From Eukaryota sp. TZLM1-RC (taxonomy: Eukaryota; Protista; Metamonada: BaSk clade): a stretch of 64,000 nucleotides of DNA. Below the pieces are notes generated by a model. The model was given only the letters and a program-made list of their open reading frames with translations, was not told the origin of the DNA and did no database searches. The stretch lies in contig JAUPSS010000004.1 of assembly GCA_040285825.1 (NCBI GenBank), forward strand, positions 6,291,784 through 6,355,783, written 5' to 3'. Positions 30,242 through 42,868 of this stretch are shown here, in pieces. Each line of letters opens with the position of its first letter. Positions within the stretch are counted from its first letter, which is position 1. Both the position numbers and the translations under genes were made by a program.

Positions 30242-32512
30242 ATGGCATCAAATCCTCAGTTACGTGTCGTTGAACTACTAGCTTCCACAATTGATACACA
30301 TACTTCTTATTACAACCAGAATGCTCGTGATGCCGAACTTATAAAAGCACAATTCATACGACTTTCACAAGATAACCATAACCTCAAATCCTCCCTCAAT
30401 GAAGCCTTATCCACCATTGACACTCTCCAACAAAACTCTACTCAACCCACTTCCCCACCTCAAGTTTCTCAACATGATCAGAACGAACTACTTGATCAAA
30501 TCTCTTCACTTAAGGAGCAACTCAACGAAACCAAGAGTGCACTGGCCAAAACCCAAGCCCAGCTTGCCACGGCCCACAAGGAAAGCAAAGAGACTGATGT
30601 TCCTGCTGAACTTTTGGCCCTTAGATCAGAAAACTCGAGACTTCGATCAGACATTGAAAGACTTGAAAGCGATACTTTAATTTTACTGGACAAATCTGAG
30701 TCAATTGAGGAACTTTCTCTTAAGGAGTCTCAGTTACTCAACGATAAAATACGCCAATTATCACTTCAACTGGAATCATCCCAATCAACTGTATCTAAGC
30801 TCCGTGATTTGTCCACTGTGCAGGCTCAAACAATTGAATCATTGGAACAGAAACTCAGAGACGACGAAGAATTACTCATAGCTGCTGACAGAAACCTCAA
30901 AGAGAGTATGATCAAGGCAGAGGGAGAACGGGAAGAATTGAAGGGGAGAGGGGAGGAAAAAGTTGTGAAGATGGGTGAGGTGATTGGAAGCTTAAAAAGG
31001 AAAGTTTCCGATTTAGAAGGTGAAAAAGGAAAACTTTTGGAAAATTTTTCAATGCAGGTCAAGAATATGATCGGAACTGTCAGTCAATTACTACGTGATG
31101 CCCAAGTCTCGGAGAATTCTATTGCATTAATTCAAAGTAAACTCAATGTATACAGAAGAGATCAGAAACAGTTAATTCACGTTTCTAATGACGTCACAGA
31201 AGTTCAAAAAGATGATATTCCTGAAGATCAATCAAATCCACCAATCAGTGTTGATAATTCTGAGCTGACTTCCGTTTATGATCGTTTGCAGTTACTTTCA
31301 ATTACCACTACCAATGTTGAACGCAGATGTACAAGCCTCAAGTCACTGTTAACTGATTTATTTATGGATGAAAGTGAAATTAGTTCAACATCTAAAACAA
31401 AAGCTTTGAGATTGGCTTCTGGAGTAGCTGATGAGGTTTCAGGTCTTAAATCATTTTTGATTGAAGTCAGGGAAAGTCTTGTTACTATTCTTGACTATTT
31501 TGAGCGAGCTCTTGATGAAAATGATTCATTGGTTAATCATACTGAAGAGTTGAGCACTACTCTGACGAAACAGGAAAAGGAACAATCAAAATTAATTGAT
31601 AACCTCCAATCAACAGTAGAATCACAGTCTCAGGAAATCAATCAACTCTCGTCAACAGTCAAAAATCTCCAATCAGAATCAAAAACTGCTCAAGAATTAA
31701 ATATTTCACGTGCAAATTCCAAAATTTTAACGGAACTTGATCAAGCAAAAAACAATGAAAGATTTGCGAAGGAAGTCTTGGCTGCTGTCAGGGAGGAAAA
31801 GGAAGTGGCTGAAGAAGAATGTAGATTGTTGGAAGGGCAAGTTGACAGGTTGAAAAGGGAAGTTTCCGATTTGAGGGTTAGAAATGATGGATTGATTGAC
31901 TGTGATGAAGAAGTTTTCAACCTTCGTGGACAGGTAAGTTCGCTCACTTCAGAAATAGAAGAATTGCAAAAGGATATTGCGGTGTTAAGACAAGAAAATC
32001 GAGCTCTATCCTCCCAAAATGAAGAATTGGCCAGTCAAAATAAGGATATTCAAGAGTCAAGTTGTTCAGCCACAAATAAACTGAAATCCCAGGTTAATCA
32101 ATTAAGTCTAAGGGTGAAGGAATTGGAGGAGCAGCTTGAATTTAGTGAAAAACATTCAAAAGATTTAGAAATTCAAACAAAATCCCTAAAAATGACTAAT
32201 AAGTCTTTGGAAAATGATTTAAATGCAAGCAATCTATCAAAAACTGAGTTACTAAAGAAAACAAGGAAAATTAGTCCTGAAATTGAAACAAAAACCCAAG
32301 AAGTACCAAATTCATTTGAATTACTGTCTAGAAAAGCTTCTCAAGAAACTAGAAAACTTACCCTTTCATCAGCCACGTTACCCTCCCCAAGAAGTGAACA
32401 TGCATCTCCGCTTTCTGCAAGCACTCCATTAAGGGAACCCCAAAGTCCTAATTTTTCCAAAACTTTCACTCCTAGAAGTAGTATTTTGAAAAAACATATG
32501 AGGTTGCAGTAG
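30242..32512 (+). CDS. Long coiled-coil protein
   Basis: 756-aa ORF with E/K/L/Q-rich heptads and an SP-rich tail. Confidence 0.8.
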   Translation: MASNPQLRVVELLASTIDTHTSYYNQNARDAELIKAQFIRLSQDNHNLKSSLNEALSTIDTLQQNSTQPTSPPQVSQHDQNELLDQISSLKEQLNETKSALAKTQAQLATAHKESKETDVPAELLALRSENSRLRSDIERLESDTLILLDKSESIEELSLKESQLLNDKIRQLSLQLESSQSTVSKLRDLSTVQAQTIESLEQKLRDDEELLIAADRNLKESMIKAEGEREELKGRGEEKVVKMGEVIGSLKRKVSDLEGEKGKLLENFSMQVKNMIGTVSQLLRDAQVSENSIALIQSKLNVYRRDQKQLIHVSNDVTEVQKDDIPEDQSNPPISVDNSELTSVYDRLQLLSITTTNVERRCTSLKSLLTDLFMDESEISSTSKTKALRLASGVADEVSGLKSFLIEVRESLVTILDYFERALDENDSLVNHTEELSTTLTKQEKEQSKLIDNLQSTVESQSQEINQLSSTVKNLQSESKTAQELNISRANSKILTELDQAKNNERFAKEVLAAVREEKEVAEEECRLLEGQVDRLKREVSDLRVRNDGLIDCDEEVFNLRGQVSSLTSEIEELQKDIAVLRQENRALSSQNEELASQNKDIQESSCSATNKLKSQVNQLSLRVKELEEQLEFSEKHSKDLEIQTKSLKMTNKSLENDLNASNLSKTELLKKTRKISPEIETKTQEVPNSFELLSRKASQETRKLTLSSATLPSPRSEHASPLSASTPLREPQSPNFSKTFTPRSSILKKHMRLQ

Positions 32513-32713
32513 ATTATTTGTCATGTATATTATAAATCTTTTTTTAGTTTTCATTTGTTTTCCTTTTATTTACACCGATTTCTCTTCAAATAATCGATTT
32601 TCATCTGTTTTAGATGTTGAATTAATACAAATGTGTTTTTAATCAGGTCACACAACGATTCCTGTCGATTTAAAAACATTTGATTATGATTTTTGAATCA
32701 ATCATTGTTTTCA

Positions 32714-34139
32714 ATGTCTTCGGTTTATGCTCCTCTTGTTTCTGGACAACACGTGGGTGTTGTGCCAGGTGCTGAACGTAAGTTCAATGACTTGCCGTTT
32801 GCCTGCTTGTTTGCAATAGGCGTTGTCCTGTTCATCGCACTCGGGATTTTCGGGTTCAATTATGGTGACCCTAGTATTCTCGAAGAGCAAGCTCTTGCTG
32901 ACGCAGCTGATCCCAGCCCTCTGGCTCCTCTTATTAATGGAACCAATCCTCTGGTGGTGTCTTTTGTTGTGGTGCTTGTGTTTGCCATCGTATGGATCCA
33001 ACTTCTACGCTTCGCTGCCCCTCTCGTAGTGAAAGGAACTTTGTGGGGAGGTATTGTTGCTCTTATTGTTTTTGGTCTATTCCTTCAAAACAAATCAGAT
33101 GAAACTCCTTCTGCTCAATATGCTGCATGGATGATCTGGATAGTTGCTCTCATTTTTATCCTTATGATCTTCTTTGCAAGGAATAAGATTGAATTTACCA
33201 TCTTATTATTTGAAAATGGTTGCAGAGCACTTTCCCACTCCCCAGGCTCATTGATTGTTGGTTTTGCCCTTGTCACTGTTGTAGCAGTTGTCTTCTCCTT
33301 TTACATCGCCGCTTCATCATTTATTCTAACCATCCAGGAATCGCCTCTGGTTAACTGTCTTCCTGATGAAACTGCACCATGCCAAGCTCCCCGTAACCTC
33401 TGGATCATTTTCTCTGGATTGGTTCTCTGGATTGGATATTTCTGCAATGGTTTAGCTCAGGTCACTATCTCTGGATCTATCGCTTCTCATTTGTACAATC
33501 AAACAACCAGCGGACTTGCCTCATTCGGCAGAGCTTTGAAGTCATTTGGCTCAATCGCCCTAGCCTCCTTGTTAATTGCCCTCATCACTCTCTTAAGAAT
33601 CATTGTCAATGCTCTTCAACATGCTGCAAGAAAAGAAGGAGAAGACATTAAGGTTCAAATCATGGTTTGTTATTCTTTTATTTCTCTAACCCCAGTTGTG
33701 TCTCATCAAGTGCTGCGTCCGTTGCATTGAAAGTATCGTCAAGTACATATCCCATTATGCTTACATCTTCATTGCCAAGGATGGTCGCTCTTTCTGTTCA
33801 GCATGTGGACAAACAGTTGAGATGATCTCAAACAATGTCTTTACCATGGCTGTCTCTAACTCTATCAGTGGTTTTGTCATGCTCATTGGTCAGTTGGTTG
33901 GTGTTGCTGTTGCAATGTTGTTTGCTACAATGATTTTGGATGCTTCTGCTGAACCAATCTTGCTTGTAGTTATTTTCTTCCTTGCATTCTCTATCATGTC
34001 AGTTACCACTAGATTAATCTTGGTCGCCATTGACACTGTTATGGTTTGTTTCTTTGCTGATGAATCAATTTCCATTGATGGAGAACTTGCAAGTGCTCTC
34101 CGTGGATTTGATGAGGCTGAATACAAGGGAACTATGTAG
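32714..34139 (+). CDS. Choline transporter-like (CTL/SLC44/Pns1) protein, intron 33665-33695
   Basis: RKFNDLPFACLF, SFGSIALASLL, CLIKCCVRCIESIVKYISHYAYIFIAKDGRSFCSA, IDTVMVCF. A 31-nt GTTTGT..CTAACCCCAG intron restores the frame. Confidence 0.9.
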
Positions 34140-34459
34140 ATCTTTGTTGTTGTTGGTAATAAATATTCTGTAAAAGTGTGCTTTTGAGGTTTGACAACTT
34201 AAATACATCCCATTTAATTCTTAAAAGGATCAAATTTATTTTGTTAAACTATTATTGATGTTATGGAAAAATTCAAAAATGCTACAGATTTACTGTAGTA
34301 AAAAGCTAACTTGAATGCCTATCTCCAACACTATCCTCTATAAAATAATCTACAATTGCCTTGATGTTGATACATGCTAACTTGTTACAATTCCACACCT
34401 TATCTTTTCTATCACATTCTTTTTTATGTACTGTATTTTTATTGAAAAAAAATTCTATC

Positions 34460-34930
34460 TAGTATTCAATATTCTCCAAACAAGCATCACTATTACTAAA
34501 CCTACTCACAGCAATTCGTTCACATTCTACACCAATAGCTAAAAGAGCTTTAGAAATCATTTTTTGAATGGACTTGAAAATGCAAAAAACAATTCTATTT
34601 GACCAGAAAGTGGAATTCATTTTTTACTAGACCCATTCAGTAACACTTTTTTGAAGTTCTCAAAAAAGTGGAATCCTGAAGGTCCAAGATTGCCAAAAAG
34701 AGAAATTGCAAACAGCACAAACTGATATTTCACATGTTCGACTCTACCTAATTGTGCTAATGGTTCTTCATATTTTTTATTTTCTTTCTTTTCGTTGTTA
34801 CATAGCAGCAAATCAACGAAATACACCAAATCACATTCTTCTTTACAAATTTCAGATTTTACATTCGTTATTTGATAAATAAATATGGATTTGATATCAG
34901 GAAAAGATAGACAAATACTGTGACTAACCA
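34460..34930 (-). mobile_element. CRE-clade family D 3' remnant
   Basis: KKYEEPL...FAISLFGNLGPSG...FWSNRIVF...KMISKALL; homologous to 57008-57500. Confidence 0.7.
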
Positions 34931-34952
34931 AAAACTGTTTATTTAAACAAAT

Positions 34953-36167
34953 CTATTCAGCACCAGCTCTTTCTTCAAGATCATCAGGAGTGTCCAATGG
35001 AGTCAATGGAACTGAAACAATGTACTGGCGGCTCACCAATTGTCTTCTACGTCTATTGTTGCGAACATAAAAGCCGCTAACTAAGCTAGCTAAAACAACA
35101 CCAAACACAACAGCAGCAAGCGTGAGCATTCCAGAATTGGAAGACCCAGAATCCTCAGAATAAACATGTGGAACATCCATTTCGAAAGAAACTCGTTCTG
35201 AAGAAGGACCAGCCTCACTAGAGGTAGAGACAGACTGCACAACAACTGAAAGGAGAGCATTCACAGGGAAATCCACTCCCTTTTCTACTACCAAGATGCA
35301 CTCGCTTGTTGTGTAATTTGCAATCAACTCTGAATCTGCAAAAAGAGACACGACATAACCCACAGCACCCTCCACACAAGGCCATGTTATAGAGATCACT
35401 GGCTTGTCATTATGATAATCAACAGAAACAGAAACAGAGCTTGGCGATGGTGCAAGTGTGGTGTATTGAACAGAATCACTGAACGCTGAACTCTCCCCAG
35501 TATCTTTATGAACTACTCTTACTTTGAGAGTCACTAATGCCAATGGCAAAGTTGTATAGTTGAAAGAACTGGACTCAAGATATTCTTCCTCAAACGTCTT
35601 GCCTTGGTCCAATGAAAAGGCAACAACATATGAATGCTGGCTTTTTGGTAACGTGACAAACAGCCATTTTGAACCCAGTAAGACCTTAATCGAATCAGTT
35701 TTTGGGGGAGAAAGAACATCTTCATGAGGACTGGGAGGAGTTTCCTTTTCCTTGTCATTATCTTCTTCGTACTCTTTCTTTTTCCTGTCTTCTTGAGTAG
35801 GCTCTTCTACAGGATCAGTGATGACATCATGGCCATCATTATCAGGGTCATGTGGAGAAGGATCATCGACAGGAGGTTCTGGGTCAGGCTTGTCCTCTTC
35901 AGAATCAGTTAAAATGGGCTCTTCCTGTTCTTTTGGCACCTTAGAATCCTCGGGAACTGGGGGATAGCTAGGATCGGGAATAGAAGGCTCGCTATCCTGT
36001 TTGAGAATAGCACGGAGACGATCGTAAAAATGATCGATTGATAGAGTAGGTACGGGCGGTATATCAGTATTGACACTGAACACTTTGATGGGTGTAGAGA
36101 TGGTGATGGACACAAAAACAAGAAGTAAAAGCACTGCGATCGGATTTAGCGATAAAACACGCATCAT
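34953..36167 (-). CDS. Type I membrane protein: signal peptide, acidic/Pro-rich stalk, two FN3-like domains, TM, short tail
   Basis: Hydrophobic N-terminus; VRVVHKDTGESSAFSDSVQYTT and ITWPCVEGAVGYVV...VQSV...GPSS (FN3-like); TM followed by RNNRRRR. Confidence 0.75.
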   Translation of the reverse strand: MMRVLSLNPIAVLLLLVFVSITISTPIKVFSVNTDIPPVPTLSIDHFYDRLRAILKQDSEPSIPDPSYPPVPEDSKVPKEQEEPILTDSEEDKPDPEPPVDDPSPHDPDNDGHDVITDPVEEPTQEDRKKKEYEEDNDKEKETPPSPHEDVLSPPKTDSIKVLLGSKWLFVTLPKSQHSYVVAFSLDQGKTFEEEYLESSSFNYTTLPLALVTLKVRVVHKDTGESSAFSDSVQYTTLAPSPSSVSVSVDYHNDKPVISITWPCVEGAVGYVVSLFADSELIANYTTSECILVVEKGVDFPVNALLSVVVQSVSTSSEAGPSSERVSFEMDVPHVYSEDSGSSNSGMLTLAAVVFGVVLASLVSGFYVRNNRRRRQLVSRQYIVSVPLTPLDTPDDLEERAGAE

Positions 36168-36646
36168 AGGAGATGATCTGTGAATTGAAAGTGAACATGC
36201 GGCTGTAGGCAGAGAGTATCTGCAAAATCAAGATATCTCTGAGAATGGTAGAATGTGATCCTGGATATGGTACTCAATTGTGAGAAGGAGTCGATCTACA
36301 GGTCCACATTGTCTTCCCTCAAAGACATTTTATCTTACACAATAAAATTCTTTAAAAGACTTTCTTCAAGTTTTAATCAAAAATATGCTTGACATAATTC
36401 CAACATCGTCTTCCTACTTAAGAGGTGAACAATAGGAAAAAGTGTCTCTCATGTACGGCAGTTTTATTAATAATCTCAAAACACAGAATTTGGTGCCTCA
36501 GTAACTTCAGTTTAACATTTTCAACTCAAGAGTAAGCGAATTTTTGTAACAATAGGTGTTTGATTCAATTTTTATCAACAATTATATGCACTAAATAGAA
36601 AATCAAGTCAAAACAACAATACATCAAGAATTGGTTTATGAATTTT

Positions 36647-37506
36647 ATCTATTATATTTATTGAACATGCACACTTGATTAAATTAATTCATAACTAATG
36701 GGACGAATATCATTGAACCAAGATTTCCTCTACAAAATCTTGATCTGCTTGCTGTCTAGCTCAAGCTTCTCTTATTCGATTGAAAAACCGGCGTCATCTA
36801 TTAATAATGGCAAATTGAATTCGAGAACGCCATAAAAAAATATCAAACCTTCTCATTGTTTTTTCTTGAACTATTTTTTGGAAGTCATTCAAAAAAGTTT
36901 CTGCTTCACCTGATAATCTTCCATTTATCAAAAATGGGAAAGCAATAAAAACTAGCTGTGTATTTCTATTAGTATTAGCCTCTTCAATATCTTTATCATA
37001 TTTTCTATGTTTTTCGTTTGCTTTAAGATCAAGAGCACTCACAGGATTAAGTTTTGTTCTGTGAACCAAAGTATCATTTGCAACATTACATGAGACAAAG
37101 TCAACAATAGCTTCAGAATTATCAATCCAATCACAGTATACATCACCTCTATCATCAGAACCAAAATTATTCAGAGAAAGTGTTTCCTTCAGCAGAGACT
37201 CTTTGATACACGATATTCTTGCAATTTGTGCCATATTGAAAACAGTGTCTCTAACAGCGTCATGTAGTGAAGAACGATATGTTATCAATTCAGAACAATT
37301 CTGAGCATGGCGCAAACTGAGTTGAGGTGAATTCGAACAAATACATTTTTCTTTTGATAATAATTGATTAATGGGGATATTTAAATATAATCTCAATTTT
37401 GTTACAAACGCTTCGTTAGAAGCACACAGTCCAAATCTTTGTGGTACAATGGTTACAAACAGTGAAGAATCTGATGACTTATTTTCGCAAGCAGCCTTTT
37501 CAATGA
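36647..37506 (-). mobile_element. CRE family A copy A2
   Basis: CxC..H..C knuckle, HDAVRD, RGDV..D, KHRKY. TSD ATGAATTTT at 36638-36646 and 37507-37515. Confidence 0.92.
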
Positions 37507-37860
37507 ATGAATTTTGTGAATTTTATGTTCATGAATTTTCTTAAAATAGGGACTATTTTTGAAACTCATTTGTTCTGTTAATCAGATATGTGATGATTTA
37601 TACACTTGAGGTCCATTTGTCTTTTCTCTGCTTGTGTATCTGCTGTAAGTAAGACCACTCATGTCTTCATTACGAATTAAAATTTCATTGTTGAGGCACA
37701 AACTTGAAGAATTGTTCATCAAGCTTATTCAAAAGTGAATTGTTTTCTCGCTGTTTAAAGGTGAAACGAAATTAATTTGTGACTTATTATCATCTTTTGG
37801 TGAATCTTCATAATCGTCAATTTGAATTGTTGATGTAGGAAAAATAAGGCGTGAACATGT

Positions 37861-38007
37861 AATAGATTACCTCGGTTTTTCACCCGAATTAGAGAAGCAT
37901 TAGCTAAACAGCAAGCAGATCATGATTTTGTAGAAGAAATTTTGGTTCAATGAATTTCGTCCAATTAGTTATGATTTTATTTTGTCAAGTGTGTAAGTTT
38001 AATAAAA
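37861..38007 (+). mobile_element. Older short 3' fragment of CRE family A (duplicated at 39491-39637)
   Basis: Diverged match to the last ~150 nt of family A, ending in AATAAA. Confidence 0.8.
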
Positions 38008-38273
38008 GTGACATCTCTGCTTTCTTACATTCTCCTTTGGTAGGTTCTTTAAATTTTATGTGTTTTCGTTGTTCTCATTTGTTATTGATATAAATTCATC
38101 TGTTTGATAAAGTGGAAGGTACCTTTTTGGACAGTTTTTTTTGACTCCTTGTAAATATACTGGTCTGTCTATGTCCACCATTAATGTCATCAAATACGAT
38201 CAAGGTGCAGTATGGAAGTTATGGTCCAAGTACAAAAGAATTTTCCAGTTCAGAAACAAACTTCAGAAGTGAA

Positions 38274-39136
38274 AGTATTAACTCAATTTATTGAATTTGC
38301 ACACTTGATTAAATTAAATCATAACTAATGGGACGACTATCATTAAACCAAGATTTCCTCTACAAAATCTTGATTTGCTTGCTGTCTAGCTAGAGCTTCT
38401 CTAATTCGATTGATAAACCGCGGTAATCTATTAATAATGGCAAATTGAATCCGTGAACGCCATAAAAAAATATCAAATCTTTTCATTGTTTTTTCTTTCA
38501 CCATTTCTTGGAAGTCATCCAAAAAAGTTTCTGCTTCAACTGATAATCTTCCATTTATCGAAAATGGGAAAGCAATAAAAACCAGCTGTGTATTTCTATC
38601 GACATTTGCATCTTCAATTTCTTTATCATATTTTCTATGTTTTTCGTTTGCTTTAAGATCAAGAGCACTCACAGGATTAAGTTTTGTTCTGTGAACCAAA
38701 GTATCATTTGCAACATTACATGAGACAAAGTCAACAATAGCTTCAGAATTATCAATCCAATCACAGTATACATCACCTCTATCATCAGAACCAAAATTAT
38801 TCAGAGAAAGTGTTTCCTTCAGCAGAGACTCTTTGATACACGATATTCTTGCAATTTGTGCCATATTGAAAACAGTGTCTCTAACAGCGTCATGTAGTGA
38901 AGAACGATATGTTATCAATTCAGAACAATTCTGAGCATGGCGCATACTGAGTTGAGGTGAATTCGAACAAATACATTTTTCTTTTGATAATAATTGATTA
39001 ATGGGGATATTTAAATATAATCTCAATTTTGTTACAAACGCTTCGTTAGAAGCACACAGTCCAAATCTTTGTGGTACAATGGTTACAAACAGTGAAGAAT
39101 CTGATGACTTATTTTCGCAAGCAGCCTTTTCAATGA
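38274..39136 (-). mobile_element. CRE family A copy A3 (A2/A4 chimera)
   Basis: Carries A4-type alleles left of 38620 and A2-type alleles right of 38645. Confidence 0.9.
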
Positions 39137-39490
39137 ATGAATTTTGTGAATTTTATGTTCATGAATTTTCTTAAAATAGGGACTATTTTTGAAACTCATT
39201 TGTTCTGTTAATCAGATATGTGATGATTTATACACTTGAGGTCCATTTGTCTTTTCTCTGCTTGTGTATCTGCTGTAAGTAAGACCACTCATGTCTTCAT
39301 TACGAATTAAAATTTCATTGTTGAGGCACAAACTTGAAGAATTGTTCATCAAGCTTATTCAAAAGTGAATTGTTTTCTCGCTGTTTAAAGGTGAAACGAA
39401 ATTAATTTGTGACTTATTATCATCTTTTGGTGAATCTTCATTATCGTCAATTTGAATTGTTGATGTAGGAAAAATAAGGCGTGAACATGT

Positions 39491-39637
39491 AATAGATTAC
39501 CTCGGTTTTTCACCCGAATTAGAGAAGCATTAGCTAAACAGCAAGCAGATCATGATTTTGTAGAAGAAATTTTGGTTCAATGAATTTCGTCCAATTAGTT
39601 ATGATTTTATTTTGTCAAGTGTGTAAGTTTAATAAAA
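39491..39637 (+). mobile_element. Duplicate of the short family A fragment
   Basis: Identical to 37861-38007. Confidence 0.8.
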
Positions 39638-39904
39638 GTGACATCTCTGCTTTCTTACATTCTCCTTTGGTAGGTTCTTTAAATTTTATGTGTTTTCGTT
39701 GTTCTCATTTGTTATTGATATAAATTCATCTGTTTGATAAAGTGGAAGGTACCTTTTTGGACAGTTTTTTTTTGACTCCTTGTAAATATACTGGTCTGTC
39801 TATGTCCACCATTAATGTCATCAAATACGATCAAGTTGCAGTATGGAAGTTATGGTCCAAGTACAAAAGAATTTTCCAGTTCAGAAACAAACTTCAGAAG
39901 TGAA

Positions 39905-40625
39905 AGTATTAACTCAATTTATTGAATTTGCACACTTGATTAAATTAAATCATAACTAATGGGACGACTATCATTAAACCAAGATTTCTCTACAAAATCT
40001 TGATTTGCTTGCTGTCTAGCTAGAGCTTCTCTAATTCGATTGATAAACCGCGGTAATCTATTAATAATGGCAAATTGAATCCGTGAACGCCATAAAAAAA
40101 TATCAAATCTTTTCATTGTTTTTTCTTTCACCATTTCTTGGAAGTCATCCAAAAAAGTTTCTGCTTCAACTGATAATCTTCCATTTATCGAAAATGGGAA
40201 AGCAATAAAAACCAGCTGTGTATTTCTATCGACATTTGCATCTTCAATTTCTTTATCATATTTTCTATGTTTTTCTTTTGCTTTAAAATCCAGAGCAGCC
40301 ACAGGATTAAGTTTTCTTCTGTGAAACAAAGTATCGTTTGCAACATTACATGAGACAAAGTCAACAATAGCTTCAGAATTATCAATCCAATCACAGTATA
40401 CATCACCTCTATCATCAGAACCAAAATTATTCAGAGAAAGTGTTTCCTTCAGCAGTGGCTCTTTGATACACGACATCCTTGCAGTTTGTGCCATATTGAA
40501 AACAGTGTCTCTAACAGCATCATGTAATGAAGAACGATAAGTTATCAATTTAGAGCAATTTAGAGCATGGCGCAAAGTGAGTTGAGGTGAATTCGAACAA
40601 ATACATTTTTCTTTTGATAATAATT
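39905..40625 (-). mobile_element. CRE family A copy A4
   Basis: RLE region. TSD GAAGTGAA at 39897-39904 and 40626-40633. Confidence 0.9.
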
Positions 40626-40639
40626 GAAGTGAAGGTGAA

Positions 40640-42236
40640 TTTGTTATCGAATTCTCCAGTTTCCACAATAATTGATGATATTGAAATTCAAGCCAAATTA
40701 TATTCAATTGATGCTATTCGTCATTTGGGTTCGTTTTTAGGAAATAATGATGAAATTACCAAAAAATTGTTTGAAAAGTTGAACTCAATTTCTGACAAAA
40801 TTGACCGAATGATGAATTTAGATATAAAAAAACACATCAAATTTACCATTATAAGACTGTGTTTTAGTTCCAATTTTAATCATATATTTCGATCTACAAA
40901 TCCTCTCGTCACTAGACCTTTGGCTCAAAAGTTTAATGAGTTACGTGCAAAAGTTCTGTCTCAATTACTGGGATGTAAAATGTTTCAAATTCCAGATCAT
41001 GCTTACCTTAGGCCACAATATGGTGGTTTAGGGTGGACGAAGGCTTCTATTCTTACCTCGTGTGCTTTTGTTGGTGGATGCAGAAATGCAATCTTTGAGT
41101 TCTCCGAAAGATTTGCAGATTGGGAAGATTTATTGATGACAACGCAAAGTTCCACTGTTTTTGCATTAAATGAAGAAATTTCAAGAATTGATGTAGAAAA
41201 ATGGGGTTGATGTTTTCCCCAATCTTTCAATGGCAGTATTCCAGAAAAAAATGTTTTAAATTTGAAGTACACTCTTCGAACATTACAGAAAAGATTGACT
41301 GGAATGTATGAAAAAGATCTTTATAATAATATTTGCAGCTCGGCTGTTTTAAATCAAGATCTTCACTCATTGTTATTGGAAAAGGGTGTTTGTGAAAACA
41401 AGGTGTCAGATTCTTCACTTTTTGTAACCATTGTACCACGAAGATTTGGATTGTGTGCTACTAATGAAGCATTTGTAACAAAAATGAGATTATATTTGAA
41501 CATCCCCATTAACCAATTATTATCAAAAGAAAAATGTATTTGTTCGAATTCACCTCAACTCACTTTTGCGCCATGCTCTAAATTGCTCAAAATTGATAAC
41601 TTATCGTTCTTCATTACATGATGCTGTTAGAGACACTGTTTTCAATATGGCACAAACTGCAAGGATATCGTGTATCAAAGAGCCCCTGCTGAAAGAAACA
41701 CTTTCTCTGAATAATTTTGGTTCTGATGATAGAGGTGATGTATACTGTGATTGGATTGATAATTCTGAAGCTATTGTTGACTTTGTCTCATGTAATGTTG
41801 CAAACGATACTTTGGTTCACAGAAGAAAACTTAATCCTGTGGCTGCTCTGGATTTTAAAGCAAAAGAAAAACATAGAAAATATGATAAAGAAATTGAAGA
41901 TGCAAATATCGATAGAAATACACAGCTGGTTTTTATTGCTTTTCCATTTTCGATAAATGGAAGATTATCAGTTGAAGCAGAAACTTTTTTGGATGACTTC
42001 CAAAAAATGGTGAAAGAAAAAACAATGAAAAGATTTGATATTTTTTTTATGGCGTTCACGGATTCAATTTGCCATTATTAATAGATTACCGCGGTTTTTC
42101 AATCGAATTAGAGAAGCTTTAGCTAGACAGCAAGCAAATCAAGATTTTGTAGAGGAAATCTTGGTTTAATGATAGTCGTCCCATTAGTTATGATTTAATT
42201 TAATCAAGTGTGCAAATTCAATAAATTAATAGAAAT
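40640..42236 (+). mobile_element. CRE family A copy A5 (end of RT, thumb, RLE; disabled)
   Basis: IRHLGSFLG, PQYGGLG, then the RLE; contains a stop and frameshifts. TSD AGTGAAGGTGAA at 40628-40639 and 42237-42248. Confidence 0.92.
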
Positions 42237-42282
42237 AGTGAAGGTGAAATACATTTTTCCAAAAAAATGATTGAATCCTTAA

Positions 42283-42726
42283 ATGCGCAAATGCAGTGTT
42301 TGTGCATCTTCTTCATCATATAAGTGTCCCGCTTGTAGATCACCGTACTGTTCTTTGTCTTGTTATAAGCTACATAAGGATAAATGTTCTGGAGAAGTAC
42401 AATCTTCACAAAAACCAATGGATTCCCCTTCTTCATTTGTCTTTGCTACTCTTTCAGAAAAGCAACGGGCTTTACTAGATAAATCCTCAAAAATATCTGA
42501 GCTGTGCAACAATAAGCTATTTATGGATGTAGCGACAGATATTGTTACCTCGTCAAACCCTTTGAAGACACTAGAAACTGTTATTCGCAATGATGAAGAG
42601 TTTGCTTGTATTTACACATACATTGTTGAGTTGATAGGCCAGGTAGCTGAAGGATACAAAGATTTGGAGCCACCAGAAGACCAGGACTCTACTACCGATA
42701 TTGAAGGTTCTCTTATTGGGTATTGA
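42283..42726 (+). CDS. ZNHIT3: zf-HIT protein, ZNHIT3/Hit1-like
   Basis: CSVC...YKCPAC...YCSLSCYKLHK..C, plus a short helical C-terminal domain. Confidence 0.75.
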   Translation: MRKCSVCASSSSYKCPACRSPYCSLSCYKLHKDKCSGEVQSSQKPMDSPSSFVFATLSEKQRALLDKSSKISELCNNKLFMDVATDIVTSSNPLKTLETVIRNDEEFACIYTYIVELIGQVAEGYKDLEPPEDQDSTTDIEGSLIGY

Positions 42727-42868
42727 TGGCATTGTGATGGTTTCCTTTTTTTTAAATAATCCAAATATAATCAATGTTGATATATCTTTAATAACTAATT
42801 AAAAATAGAAATAAAATCTTTATATATTCACAGAATTATGCTATTGTATACACAAAAACGCGTTACAT

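Larger units (their letters stand above)
36991..40250. repeat. 1630-bp tandem duplication (36991-38620 / 38621-40250)
   Basis: The two units differ only by a few substitutions and homopolymer lengths. Confidence 0.92.

Noticed and set aside
36647-42236. Site-specific retrotransposon array in a tandem target gene (SL-RNA-like)
   Set aside because: The periodicity is fully explained by one unequal crossover. The flanks of the other copies are unrelated, and no conserved RNA gene is evident in the spacer.
39905-42236. DNA transposon with long TIRs, or a classical twin-priming inversion
   Set aside because: Both arms are complete retroelement 3' ends with their own TSDs, and target sequence lies between them.
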